Assembly (NCBI GenBank): GCA_945868875.1
Contig: CAMBMW010000001.1
Span: forward strand, 1-57,072
Reading direction: 5' to 3'
Source: an uncultured Treponema sp.
Lineage (GTDB): Bacteria > Spirochaetota > Spirochaetia > Treponematales > Treponemataceae
Length of the DNA stretch: 57,072 nt
The notes under the pieces are model-generated. The model did no database searches and was not told where the DNA came from. It was given only the letters and a program-made list of their open reading frames with translations. This document shows positions 19,131 through 28,666 of this stretch, one piece after another. How positions within the stretch are numbered: the first letter of the stretch is position 1; the number at the start of each line of letters is the position of its first letter. The position numbers were made by a program, and so were the translations under genes.

Positions 19131-19252
19131 ACTGAGTTTTCTGCAGGGTTTTATTATAACAGCGTTCCTCAGCTTGAACAGTCGATGAAGTCGAGTCCGA
19201 AGGACTGAGCGTGAGCGAACTGTGAAAGGTGAGTTGGAAAACTGAATTCAGC
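19131..19252. repeat. GC-richer imperfect palindromic intergenic element (REP-like or ncRNA candidate)
   Basis: Nested imperfect inverted repeats TTCCTCAGCTTGAACAGTCG / CGAACTGTGAAAGGTGAGTTGGAA around AGTCC-GAA-GGACT. Confidence 0.45.
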
Positions 19253-19313
19253 TAAAATTTTAAAACTTAAATCCTGTTCATTTTTTTTTATTTTTCTGAT
19301 AAAATGATTTGTT

Positions 19314-20240
19314 ATGAATATGGAAGCTTTTATTCTTGGTTGTGGCGGAATGATGCCTTTACCTTACAGACATTTGACTTCGGTTCTGCTCAGACGGGAC
19401 GGCGATTTATTTTTATTTGACGGTGGAGAAGGAACGCAGATTAGTTTACGAAGGCTCAATCTGAAATGGAAAAAGATTGATGCAATTTTTGTATCTCATA
19501 CTCATGCAGATCATGTTACTGGTTTACCTGGCATTCTGATGCTTTCTGCTCAAGTTGAACGCACTGAACCGCTTTATATTTACGGTCCTCCGAAAATCAA
19601 AGAATATATTGAATCAAGCAGAAAAGTTTTGGATATGTATATTAATTATCCGATTATTGTTCAGGAAATTACTGCACCCTGCGTTGTTCATTCCGGGAAG
19701 GATTTTTACATTCGTGCATTTCCTCTTGAGCATACTAAAACTTGTGTTGGATATACGCTTGAAGAACTGGACAGACCTGGTGAGTTTAATCCTCAGAAAG
19801 CGCGTGAACTTAATGTTCCTTGTGGTCCATTGTGGTCTCAGCTTCAAAACGGTTTTGAAGTGACTGCAACTGATGGTTCTATTGTAAAACCAGAACAGGT
19901 TCTTGGCGAAAAGCGTTCAGGAAGAAAATTTTCTTTTGTAACCGATACGCTTTTTAAACGTTCTATTATTGATGAAGTTCGTGGTTCTGATTTGCTGATT
20001 TGCGAAGGAATGTTCGAAAATGCTTTGCTTGACCAGGCTAAGGAAAAAAAACATATGACAGCTATGCAGGCGGCAACTATTGCAAAAGAAGCTGATGTAA
20101 AAAGGATGTGTATGATTCATTACAGTCCAAGATACACAGACAAAGAACTTCATATTTTATTAGAAGAAGCTCAATCGGTATGGCCGAAAGCAGAACTATC
20201 CCACGACAGGATGCAGATTGACATTCCTTACGAAGATTAA
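19314..20240 (+). CDS. rnz: Ribonuclease Z
   Basis: DGGEGTQ, SHTHADH, GP exosite arm (PCGPLWSQLQNG), TDT, HYSPRY. Confidence 0.95.
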   Translation: MNMEAFILGCGGMMPLPYRHLTSVLLRRDGDLFLFDGGEGTQISLRRLNLKWKKIDAIFVSHTHADHVTGLPGILMLSAQVERTEPLYIYGPPKIKEYIESSRKVLDMYINYPIIVQEITAPCVVHSGKDFYIRAFPLEHTKTCVGYTLEELDRPGEFNPQKARELNVPCGPLWSQLQNGFEVTATDGSIVKPEQVLGEKRSGRKFSFVTDTLFKRSIIDEVRGSDLLICEGMFENALLDQAKEKKHMTAMQAATIAKEADVKRMCMIHYSPRYTDKELHILLEEAQSVWPKAELSHDRMQIDIPYED

Positions 20241-20257
20241 TTTTTTTATAATTTTTT

Positions 20258-21022
20258 ATGATTGAAGTTGTGTCTTTTTCAAAAAAATATCCTCATGCGA
20301 AAGATTTTGCAGTTGAAAATGTGAATATGAAAATTGCAGACGGAATTATTACCGGTTTGATTGGTCCAAATGGCTCAGGAAAGACCACTTTGATTAAAGC
20401 AATCTGCGGGTTTCATTTTGCAACAAAAGGGAGCATTAAAGTTTTTGGTGACAATGATAAAAAATTTCCAGTTTTGAATGATGTTGAAAACTTTTCTGTG
20501 CAGGAAGATTTGAATATTGGAAAAATTGGTTATGTTCCCGAAAATCCGTGTCTCCCTTTTGATATGACTGTATCAGATTTTTTGTTTTTTGCTGGAAAAT
20601 CCCATGGTGTTTTAGAAAAAGATCTGGAAGTTTGCTTTCAAACGGTTATAAAGCAGTGTTCGCTGGAGAATCTTGTTCATAAAAAAATAAAATATCTTTC
20701 AAAAGGGCAAAAACAGCGGGTTTCTTTTGCACAGGCTTTGATTTTTAATCCTAAGAATTTGATTTTGGATGAACCTTTTTCGGGACTTGATCCTGCCCAG
20801 ATAATTCAAATCCGTGAACTGATAAAAAAACTTTCCGCTGAAAAAGCTGTTTTGATTTCAACGCACATTCTTTCTGAAATTGCTTCACTGTGTTCTTATC
20901 TTTACATTTTAAGTGATGGAACAATTGTTGGTTCTGGAAGTGAACGTGACATTTTGGAAAAGGAAAACTGCAATTCTCTTGAAAGTGCATTTTTAAAACT
21001 TAGTTCAAAAACAATTATATGA
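20258..21022 (+). CDS. ABC transporter ATP-binding protein (GldA-like)
   Basis: GPNGSGKTT, LSKGQKQRV, ILDEPFSGLDP, STHIL. Confidence 0.92.
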   Translation: MIEVVSFSKKYPHAKDFAVENVNMKIADGIITGLIGPNGSGKTTLIKAICGFHFATKGSIKVFGDNDKKFPVLNDVENFSVQEDLNIGKIGYVPENPCLPFDMTVSDFLFFAGKSHGVLEKDLEVCFQTVIKQCSLENLVHKKIKYLSKGQKQRVSFAQALIFNPKNLILDEPFSGLDPAQIIQIRELIKKLSAEKAVLISTHILSEIASLCSYLYILSDGTIVGSGSERDILEKENCNSLESAFLKLSSKTII

Positions 21023-23271
21023 TTTTGGTTAGTATGAAAGATTTTTACATAAAAAAAGCATTCTTTAATAATTATTTTTTTTGTAGTTTGCGTTCTGTTT
21101 TTTATATTATTCTGAGTATTATTTTACCTCTTTTGTTTAGTCTGAATTTTTACATAAAAGGTCAGTTTTTTGCAGGAAGTGGTTCAACAGATTTGCTTCT
21201 TTTTTTTAGTGTAACACCTTATTTTTGCATTTTTGCGATTCCGCTTATTTGTTTTCCGCAATCTTTTTCTGTTTATGATGATTTTGTGCCAATTGAATCA
21301 TTTGATAAGATTTTGATTATTTTTATTGCCCGGTTATGCTTGTTTGTAATTCAGATATTTCTTATTCTGCCAGCAGTTTTTCTTTTAAATCTTTTTGGTT
21401 CTATTGATTATGGGCAACTTTTGACTTGTTTTTTTTGTCTGATTTTTTATGGTGCATGTACTATTTCTATATGTTCTTTTGTAGAATCTCTTTTTTCTTC
21501 AAAAATACCATTTCTTTTAGTTTCTGTTTTGATTCTTTTTGTGTTTAACTGTTCACATCTTTTTGCAATTTATGTGCAGTTGCCTGATTTTATCCAATCG
21601 TTTTGCAAAAGCATAAGTTTTGCATGGCATTTTGATGCGGCTGGGAAAGGAATTTTTGATACGAGAGATTTTATCTGGTTTACCTGCGTTTCCTTTTTAT
21701 TCTTATTTTTAACTGATTTTGTAAAAAATTTACAGAAGGGAAAATGTTTTTCAGTTTCTGAAAAAAAAAGTGTTATCGCAATTATTGCAGTTTGTTTACT
21801 TGTAGTTTTGAATGGCAGTAGATGGTTTCAAAGAATTGATTTTTCCAAAAATAAAACTTTTTCTGTATCTGAATTCTCAAAATCTTTGATAAAAAAAGTG
21901 AATGAGCCTTTAACAATCACATATTACTGTTCTTCAAATCTTTCAAAACTTTATCCGCAGATTAGGGATGTTAAAGATTACCTTGTAGATTTTGCTCAGC
22001 AAAGTAAAAAAATCAGGCTGATTATCAAAGATCCTGACAGGAATGAGCAAACCAGAGAGCTTCTGCAAAATTATGGAATAAAATCTCAGCAGATGCGGAC
22101 TGTTTCAAGTACTTCTACCAATTTTATCAGTGTTTATTCTGCTATAGTTTTGGAATATCAGGGAAATATGGAAATCATTCCGTTTACTATGGAAGCAAAT
22201 TCTCTTGAGTATGATTTAGATATCCGCATAAAATCTTTACTGTCAGGATATAAAAGAACAGTTAATATTATTATTGGAAATGGAATGACGCTTTCTAATG
22301 ATTACAATTATGTAATTCCTTGGCTTTCGTCTCAAGGGTTTGACTGTAATCCTGTTTTTGTTGAAGATCCTTCATTTGTTTCGATTTTAAATAATTGTTC
22401 TGGTCCTCTTTTTGTGATTGGTGACAGCAAAATTGATGCAGAAAAAGCAATTGCTATCGAAAATTATATTCTTTCTGGAAAAGGAAATGCACTTTTTACA
22501 ATTTCTCCTTTCAGTGTTAATATTGAAGAAGACTGGTCTGTAACTTACAATTCCAAAACAAATATTATCGAAATGCTTGAACACTTCGGTTGTGTTTTTC
22601 CTCATAAGATTTCAGGTGATATTAGTTGTGCAAGAATCACCATGACAAGTGATGATGAAACTGAAAGCCGATATATCAATTATTATTTGTGGCCAAATCT
22701 TTTGAGTCAGGAAAATGCATCTTTGGGAGCAACCGTTTTCTGGCCGGTACCGCTTGAAATAAGTGGCAATGCAAAGTCTTACCTGCTTTCAAGTCCGCTT
22801 GCCTTTAATTTTAATGCTGATAATTCCAGTCAGGACAATCTTTTTGAGACAAATCCCTTCATTTTGGAAACTATTAATCTTTCTGAAATGACTAAAAAAA
22901 CAAATGTTTTTGGCGCATTGATTGAAGGTCAAATTTCAGGACTTTACAATAATCTTACCAGACAGGATGCAAAAATTATCGTGATTTCTGACCAGTATTT
23001 TGTAAATTCTTTGATGACAAGTTATATAGGCGGACAAACTGGCGATTACAGGAATTTTGAAGTAATTACAAATGCTCTTTTAAAATTAAATGGAGAAGAA
23101 CAACTTGCTCAGATTCAAGGAAAAATTTCAAAAGACACTTCACTTTATAAAATTTCTGATAATTTTGAATTCTTGAAAAAAAGAAATATTTTATTTATTC
23201 TACTTTTTGCTGTTTTGCCTTTATTTGTTTTGATATGTGGAGTGCTGTTGAATGTTAAAAATAAAAAATAA
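21019..23271 (+). CDS. Fused ABC permease (GldF-like) and GldG/GIFT-domain protein
   Basis: About six N-terminal TM helices with HFD...KGIFDTRD; RIDFSKNKTFSVSE GldG-like start; C-terminal TM. Confidence 0.8.
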   Translation: MILVSMKDFYIKKAFFNNYFFCSLRSVFYIILSIILPLLFSLNFYIKGQFFAGSGSTDLLLFFSVTPYFCIFAIPLICFPQSFSVYDDFVPIESFDKILIIFIARLCLFVIQIFLILPAVFLLNLFGSIDYGQLLTCFFCLIFYGACTISICSFVESLFSSKIPFLLVSVLILFVFNCSHLFAIYVQLPDFIQSFCKSISFAWHFDAAGKGIFDTRDFIWFTCVSFLFLFLTDFVKNLQKGKCFSVSEKKSVIAIIAVCLLVVLNGSRWFQRIDFSKNKTFSVSEFSKSLIKKVNEPLTITYYCSSNLSKLYPQIRDVKDYLVDFAQQSKKIRLIIKDPDRNEQTRELLQNYGIKSQQMRTVSSTSTNFISVYSAIVLEYQGNMEIIPFTMEANSLEYDLDIRIKSLLSGYKRTVNIIIGNGMTLSNDYNYVIPWLSSQGFDCNPVFVEDPSFVSILNNCSGPLFVIGDSKIDAEKAIAIENYILSGKGNALFTISPFSVNIEEDWSVTYNSKTNIIEMLEHFGCVFPHKISGDISCARITMTSDDETESRYINYYLWPNLLSQENASLGATVFWPVPLEISGNAKSYLLSSPLAFNFNADNSSQDNLFETNPFILETINLSEMTKKTNVFGALIEGQISGLYNNLTRQDAKIIVISDQYFVNSLMTSYIGGQTGDYRNFEVITNALLKLNGEEQLAQIQGKISKDTSLYKISDNFEFLKKRNILFILLFAVLPLFVLICGVLLNVKNKK

Positions 23272-24190
23272 ATATTTATATATTATAATTGTTATTTTGA
23301 TATTTCTTTATGTTTTTTCTTTTATTTTTCAAAGAAGTGATAAGAGAACGTATGTTAAGTCTTCACTGATAAATCCATCAACTGTCAATAAAATTGACAA
23401 TTTTGAATTGTTTGATGGAGATAAAGAAAAACTTATTTTTCAAAAAAACGGAAATGTGTGGGAAATAATAAAAATTTTTGATGATAATCTGCAAAAACTT
23501 CCAGCTGAAACAAAAAAAATTGAAAATTTTTTCAAAACTGCAAGCCAAATTGTTAACATGTATAAAATATCAGACACTTTTACAGAGAATAACTCTTTTA
23601 TGATTTTAAAACCAGGTTTTATTCAGTTCAAATACTTTACAGGTGATAAATTTTATGAAATCTTCTTTGGTGCTCAAGATTTTTCTTTATCATCAAGATA
23701 TGTAATGTCTGGAAAATCAACTGCCATTTATGAAATTTCAAATTTTCTGGATAATTATTTAACTACTTCTGTTCAGTTCTGGTGTGATTCTTCATTGATT
23801 TCACAAAACGTTTTTGGGAAAATTCAGGTTTCTGACATTCAAAAAAACTATGTCATTTTTGATGATAAAATGCATATTTTTTCAGACTTGCAGAAACTTT
23901 TAGATTTAAGGCACGGTGGTTTTATTTCTAACATTCAAAGTAATCATGATGAACAAAATCCTGAAAACCCATATAAAAATGACCATCTAAACAAAGAATA
24001 CGAATCCAAAATGACGATTTTCCTTGAACTTGGAAACAAGAATCAGATTACTTTAAATCTTTTTCAATTAAAAGAAAATTCTTTTGTAAGTGTAGAATCT
24101 GTTTATGAAAATTCGGTTGGGGAAAAATTTGTTTACAATTCACAAATAAGTTTATGGACTTACAATAAAATCAAAGAAATCACGTTATAA
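23252..24190 (+). CDS. DUF4340-like membrane-anchored protein
   Basis: N-terminal TM, FQKNGNVW motif, position after GldG-like gene. Confidence 0.6.
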   Translation: MLKIKNKYLYIIIVILIFLYVFSFIFQRSDKRTYVKSSLINPSTVNKIDNFELFDGDKEKLIFQKNGNVWEIIKIFDDNLQKLPAETKKIENFFKTASQIVNMYKISDTFTENNSFMILKPGFIQFKYFTGDKFYEIFFGAQDFSLSSRYVMSGKSTAIYEISNFLDNYLTTSVQFWCDSSLISQNVFGKIQVSDIQKNYVIFDDKMHIFSDLQKLLDLRHGGFISNIQSNHDEQNPENPYKNDHLNKEYESKMTIFLELGNKNQITLNLFQLKENSFVSVESVYENSVGEKFVYNSQISLWTYNKIKEITL

Positions 24191-24849
24191 AGAAAATGTG
24201 CTGCTGTGTTGCAGTAAATATTTCTGCTTACAAAAAAACTTGAACGCAAAACTATGTGGGCAAAAAAAGCATTTAAAACTGAAAGAAATCCTAAATAAAG
24301 ATGCGAAAAAGCAAAAAGCAGGCAGCAAACAATTTCAATAATCACGAAAACTGCTTTGTTTTCTTGAGATTTTTGGCTGAAAAAAGAATGAAGACTCATT
24401 GGAAGATAAAATCTGTAAATAACTTCCTCAAAAAAAGCTGAAAACAAAAAGTTTAAAATGCAAAAAAACCATGTGAAAAATGTGTCTGGTAACAAAATAT
24501 TCGCCTGGAAATCCATGCTATTCTGATTTTGCGAAAAATAATTATCAGAAATGCTGATAAATTTAAAAATCAACTGGATAAAAAACAAAATTGAAAAAGT
24601 AAAAATAAGTGGAAATCTAAAAATTTTATTTATTGTTCTTTTTTCATAACTTAAAACTCTGTTTCTATAAAAAAAATAAAGTGAAAATGCAAACAGAGCA
24701 TAAATTAATTGACGTGAAGGAAAGTGCCATGCCAAAAAAGGTGAATTATTTTCTGAAATTTGCGGAGCGAAAAAAGGCGGGATTAAAAAAAAGAATAAAA
24801 TCAGTAAAAAAATAAATAAATCGGACAAAAATGAAGTATTTTTTTTCAT
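24160..24849 (-). CDS. CPBP (Abi/CAAX) family intramembrane glutamic protease
   Basis: EEVIYR, FAFSH, HFLYN motifs; multi-TM. Confidence 0.88.
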   Translation of the reverse strand: MKKNTSFLSDLFIFLLILFFFLIPPFFAPQISENNSPFLAWHFPSRQLIYALFAFSLYFFYRNRVLSYEKRTINKIFRFPLIFTFSILFFIQLIFKFISISDNYFSQNQNSMDFQANILLPDTFFTWFFCILNFLFSAFFEEVIYRFYLPMSLHSFFSQKSQENKAVFVIIEIVCCLLFAFSHLYLGFLSVLNAFFAHIVLRSSFFVSRNIYCNTAAHFLYNVISLILL

Positions 24850-24885
24850 ATAATTATGTTATAATATTTACGCAGATTTGAAAAT

Positions 24886-26148
24886 ATGTATACTGTAGTT
24901 GCTATCATAGTTATATCTTTTTTTCTCTTGATTCTGGCATTTGTTTATTCTGTTTATAAAACAAAAATCAAGTTTTTTATAACAGGAATAGATGCAGGAT
25001 TTTCAATGTCTGACGCACTTCTTTTGTGGAATGTGTCACAAATCTGCGAACTTGATGAACCTACAACTCTTTTTTTCTCATTACCGGCTTTGACAAAGTG
25101 TATGAGTCAGATTACAAATCAAGCATCAGCTGATAATCAGATTGACTCACCAAAATATCAGACTCTTCTTTCGAAACTTTTTGCATACAGAACTAAAATC
25201 CAAAATGAATCTGACAATAAAAAAGGACTTACTTCAACAGAAACCCTCGAAAGTGGGCAAAGACTTAGAATTATTCTTCCAGGAAAAGGAGTTTTTGCTT
25301 CCAAAATCATAAATAATGGAAAAATGCTGATAATCACGATTCCAAAAAAAAATGATATAATTACAATAAGTGCGGAAGAGTGGGTTGGAAAAGTTATAAA
25401 TGTCTATTTTTGGCGCAAAGGAGATGCCCAGTACGTTTTTGATACGATTGTTGTTCAAACTGGAATTTATCTTGGAAAATCGACGCTTTATGTCAAACAT
25501 TCATACAACCTGACAAGAACACAAAAAAGACGTTCCGTGCGTGCAAAATGCGAAATCTATGCTGATTTGTTTTTTATAAAAAAATCAGATAATAATGAAC
25601 AGATTATTGAATCTAAAAATGGATTTCGTTGCCTTCTTCAAGATATTTCAGAATCTGGAGCTTTAATCAAAATTGGTGGAAAGGGAAGGGAAAACATAAA
25701 AATCAAACTTCAGTTTTCAATCCAGAATAAACTTATTATTATGACTGGAATTGTTAGAAAAGTTGAATACAATATCGAAAAGAATCAGTCGCTTCTTCAT
25801 TTTGAATGTACACATATAGAACAAAGTATGAAAAACGAAATACTTGCCTATGTATACAATATGCTTCCAGAAAATGAAAAGGAAGTTTTAGAAGCAATAA
25901 GACAGACGGAAGATGATTCCAAAAATGAGATAGAAAATGAATTGAACGTTTCAGAAACTGGCAGCCAGAAAAATAAAAAAGAAATTTCTGATGCGCAAAC
26001 AGATAGTACTGATAATGATTCCATTGATAAAAATCAATTCATATCTGAAAATAAAAATGATATAAACAAGGAAAATGAAAATTCTATTATTTCTGATTAT
26101 GAAGAAAATATAAAAAATGGTGATACTATAGAATTTAAATACAGTTGA
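24886..26148 (+). CDS. PilZ-domain (YcgR-like) c-di-GMP receptor with N-terminal TM
   Basis: QKRRSVR (RxxxR) and DISESG (DxSxxG). Confidence 0.85.
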   Translation: MYTVVAIIVISFFLLILAFVYSVYKTKIKFFITGIDAGFSMSDALLLWNVSQICELDEPTTLFFSLPALTKCMSQITNQASADNQIDSPKYQTLLSKLFAYRTKIQNESDNKKGLTSTETLESGQRLRIILPGKGVFASKIINNGKMLIITIPKKNDIITISAEEWVGKVINVYFWRKGDAQYVFDTIVVQTGIYLGKSTLYVKHSYNLTRTQKRRSVRAKCEIYADLFFIKKSDNNEQIIESKNGFRCLLQDISESGALIKIGGKGRENIKIKLQFSIQNKLIIMTGIVRKVEYNIEKNQSLLHFECTHIEQSMKNEILAYVYNMLPENEKEVLEAIRQTEDDSKNEIENELNVSETGSQKNKKEISDAQTDSTDNDSIDKNQFISENKNDINKENENSIISDYEENIKNGDTIEFKYS

Positions 26149-26185
26149 TGATTTTTTTTTTGAATTTTAAAAACGAGGTAATATT

Positions 26186-27367
26186 TTGAAAAAAATTGCT
26201 TTTTTGTTTATTTTATTTTCTCAAGTTTTTTTTCTGTTTGCACAAAATGCTGATAATGAAAAACTCATAAAATTTATAAAAGGAAATATTTCTGAAAAAA
26301 CTTCGGCAGTGCGGGAAGCTTCTGGAGCAGAATCAATTTTACTTGCACTCAAAGCTATTGATTTTTCACTCGAAAATAAGGATCTTCTTGGAAACGACAG
26401 GGAACTTGAAGGGCTTGCAGTTGCGGCAATCCTTTCCATTTCTCCAGATTACATAAAAAATGCAAATGATTCTCAAAAATCTATCATTGTTTCGCAGTTT
26501 ATAAATCTTTTTAATAAATTTTCTACAAGCAATACTGTTGCCATTGCCACTTTGACAAAATATTCCAGTTTATACGAATATCTGCAGGACCGACAATTTG
26601 TTGAAACGCTAAACTTTTTTTTGAAATCACAAGAAATAAAAAAGACTGATGAAAGCGTAATGAAATCTGTTTTCAATACACTCCAATTGATTGGAAATAG
26701 TGAAACTTTTTTGATTTTATACGATATTTTCGATGATAAAAATTATGCTCACTTAAAAAATGAGATTGAAAATACACTTGTATCTTTATCATTTATTTCT
26801 CAAAATGAAATAATCGGACTTTTGGAAACAGCAGATATTAAAGATTTATCGCAAATTTTTAAAATTATCAAAAAAAATTCAAAAATTTCGAAAAATTATG
26901 TCTGTGATGTTTCCGAAAAAGTGATATCTAAGTCTATATTATTATTAGGTAGTTCTTCTTTTGTTTCGCAGGAGGATATTTTAGTTCAACTTGAAGCATT
27001 GAACAACTTATCTGATAATAAATGGACTCGTGCATCATTAGTGGCTGTTTCGTATTTTCAATTTGCAAAGAAAATTTATAATCAGAATTTGATGACTGAA
27101 ACTCAATTTGAAAGTGTTATCAATTGTTTGAGCAATGTTTCACCAGTTGATGCTGTGAATCCTCTTACAGCATATCTTGAAGAACTCAACAGACAAAAAG
27201 AGAATGAAACGGATGTTTCTTCTGCAATTGTATTGTCTGTGATTAAAACTTTGGGTGCTATTGGTGATAAGTCAGCTTTTGATTCACTGCTTGCTGTAAC
27301 TTACCTTGATTATGATGAGTCAATACTGTCTGCCGCCAGAAAAGCATTATCTGGACTTAGATGGTGA
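26186..27367 (+). CDS. Exported HEAT-repeat protein
   Basis: Signal peptide; IKTLGAIGDKSAFDSLL HEAT-like C-terminus; TTG start. Confidence 0.75.
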   Translation: MKKIAFLFILFSQVFFLFAQNADNEKLIKFIKGNISEKTSAVREASGAESILLALKAIDFSLENKDLLGNDRELEGLAVAAILSISPDYIKNANDSQKSIIVSQFINLFNKFSTSNTVAIATLTKYSSLYEYLQDRQFVETLNFFLKSQEIKKTDESVMKSVFNTLQLIGNSETFLILYDIFDDKNYAHLKNEIENTLVSLSFISQNEIIGLLETADIKDLSQIFKIIKKNSKISKNYVCDVSEKVISKSILLLGSSSFVSQEDILVQLEALNNLSDNKWTRASLVAVSYFQFAKKIYNQNLMTETQFESVINCLSNVSPVDAVNPLTAYLEELNRQKENETDVSSAIVLSVIKTLGAIGDKSAFDSLLAVTYLDYDESILSAARKALSGLRW

Positions 27368-28617
27368 AAATCTATTTAAAAAGACCTTTTTTTCTCGCTT
27401 CTTTAATTTTGGTTTTTGTTTTTTATTCTGGTTTATTTAAGATTCCTGAAAAAAACAAATTTGTTTCTTTGATTCCATCAGATGATGTTTGTATGATTCA
27501 AATCAGACTCCTTTCATCTCCTTCAAAATGCGAAAACGGAAAATATTACAGTTCAACTGGTTTTGCCTTAAAAACTGCTAATAAAACTGGTATAAAATCT
27601 TCTGCATCTGGAAAAATAAAAGTGTACATTCCAAGCGAAAGTGTGGAAGCATACTTTCCAGGAAAACTTTACAGTGCTGCTGAAAAAAAAGGAGCATTTC
27701 TGTTTGAAACAGGGGGCATTTATTCATTATTTGGAAAGAATACAAAATCAGGTTTTTATGCCGAAAAATGTATAGATGCATTTTGGGAAAACAACAAAAA
27801 TGGAAGAGTTTGCAAGTTCAGAGCATTGTGTAGATTACAGTTTAAAAGATTGATGTATTGCTGGAAAGATGCCGGAGGTCTTCTGCTTGCTTTGCTTAGT
27901 GGAGCAAGAGAATACACAGAATCAAAAATATCAAATGCATTCCGGCTTTCTGGTCTTTCACATATTCTGGCACTTTCGGGAATGCATCTTTCTATGTTTT
28001 CTTCTATAGCCATTTTTTTTGGAGATAAAATCGGAAGAAAACGTCTTACATATCTTATAAGAATCATCGTTCTCATTCTTTTTGTCTGGTTTGCAGGTTT
28101 TTCGCCATCTTTGATGCGTGCTTTTATCTGTTCTGTTTTAAGTTTACTTGCAGCAATCTGCGGAACTGAAAAACCTGATATGATAATGATTCTATGTTTT
28201 TCTTTTCTTTTGCAAAGTTTTATTTCCCCTGATGATATTCATAATGTGGGCTTTATGTTGTCTTATGGCGCATTGGCTGGAATTCTTTTGACAAATCAGC
28301 TTTTTCATAAAATTTATTCAAAAATCTTTCCTTCATTTATTTCATCTTCTTTTGCTTCATCCACTGGAGCTCAAATAATCACAGCTCCAATCGGGTTAAA
28401 AATTTTTGGAACATTCAGTCCAATTGGAATAGTTGCAACAACTGTGATTTCTCCGATAATTACAGTTTTTATATACAGTGGACTTATTTTAATCATTTTG
28501 AGTTTAATTATTCCAAACTTTTATAAATTCAGTGGATTTTTTATGAATTTTTTGTATACTGTAATTAAGTTTTTTGTTATGCTTTTTTCTAAAGTTCCGT
28601 GCATAAAAATAAATTAA
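27361..28617 (+). CDS. comEC: ComEC/Rec2 competence-domain membrane protein (no C-terminal MBL domain)
   Basis: F..SGLSHILALSGMHL, PSLMRA, GFMLSY. Confidence 0.88.
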   Translation: MVKIYLKRPFFLASLILVFVFYSGLFKIPEKNKFVSLIPSDDVCMIQIRLLSSPSKCENGKYYSSTGFALKTANKTGIKSSASGKIKVYIPSESVEAYFPGKLYSAAEKKGAFLFETGGIYSLFGKNTKSGFYAEKCIDAFWENNKNGRVCKFRALCRLQFKRLMYCWKDAGGLLLALLSGAREYTESKISNAFRLSGLSHILALSGMHLSMFSSIAIFFGDKIGRKRLTYLIRIIVLILFVWFAGFSPSLMRAFICSVLSLLAAICGTEKPDMIMILCFSFLLQSFISPDDIHNVGFMLSYGALAGILLTNQLFHKIYSKIFPSFISSSFASSTGAQIITAPIGLKIFGTFSPIGIVATTVISPIITVFIYSGLILIILSLIIPNFYKFSGFFMNFLYTVIKFFVMLFSKVPCIKIN

Positions 28618-28666
28618 TTTTATCTCGAAAAAAATTCAGTTAATAATTTTTTTCCAAAGGAAAGAT

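Noticed and set aside
19181-19230. Possible hammerhead ribozyme (GATGA...GTCCGAAGGAC...GAA)
   Set aside because: The CUGAnGA core and a correctly placed GAAA after stem II are absent.
19144-19276. Possible third CAGGG-ended MITE copy (CAGGGTTTT ... AAATCCTG)
   Set aside because: Ends match poorly, there is no target-site duplication and the interior does not align with the two real copies.
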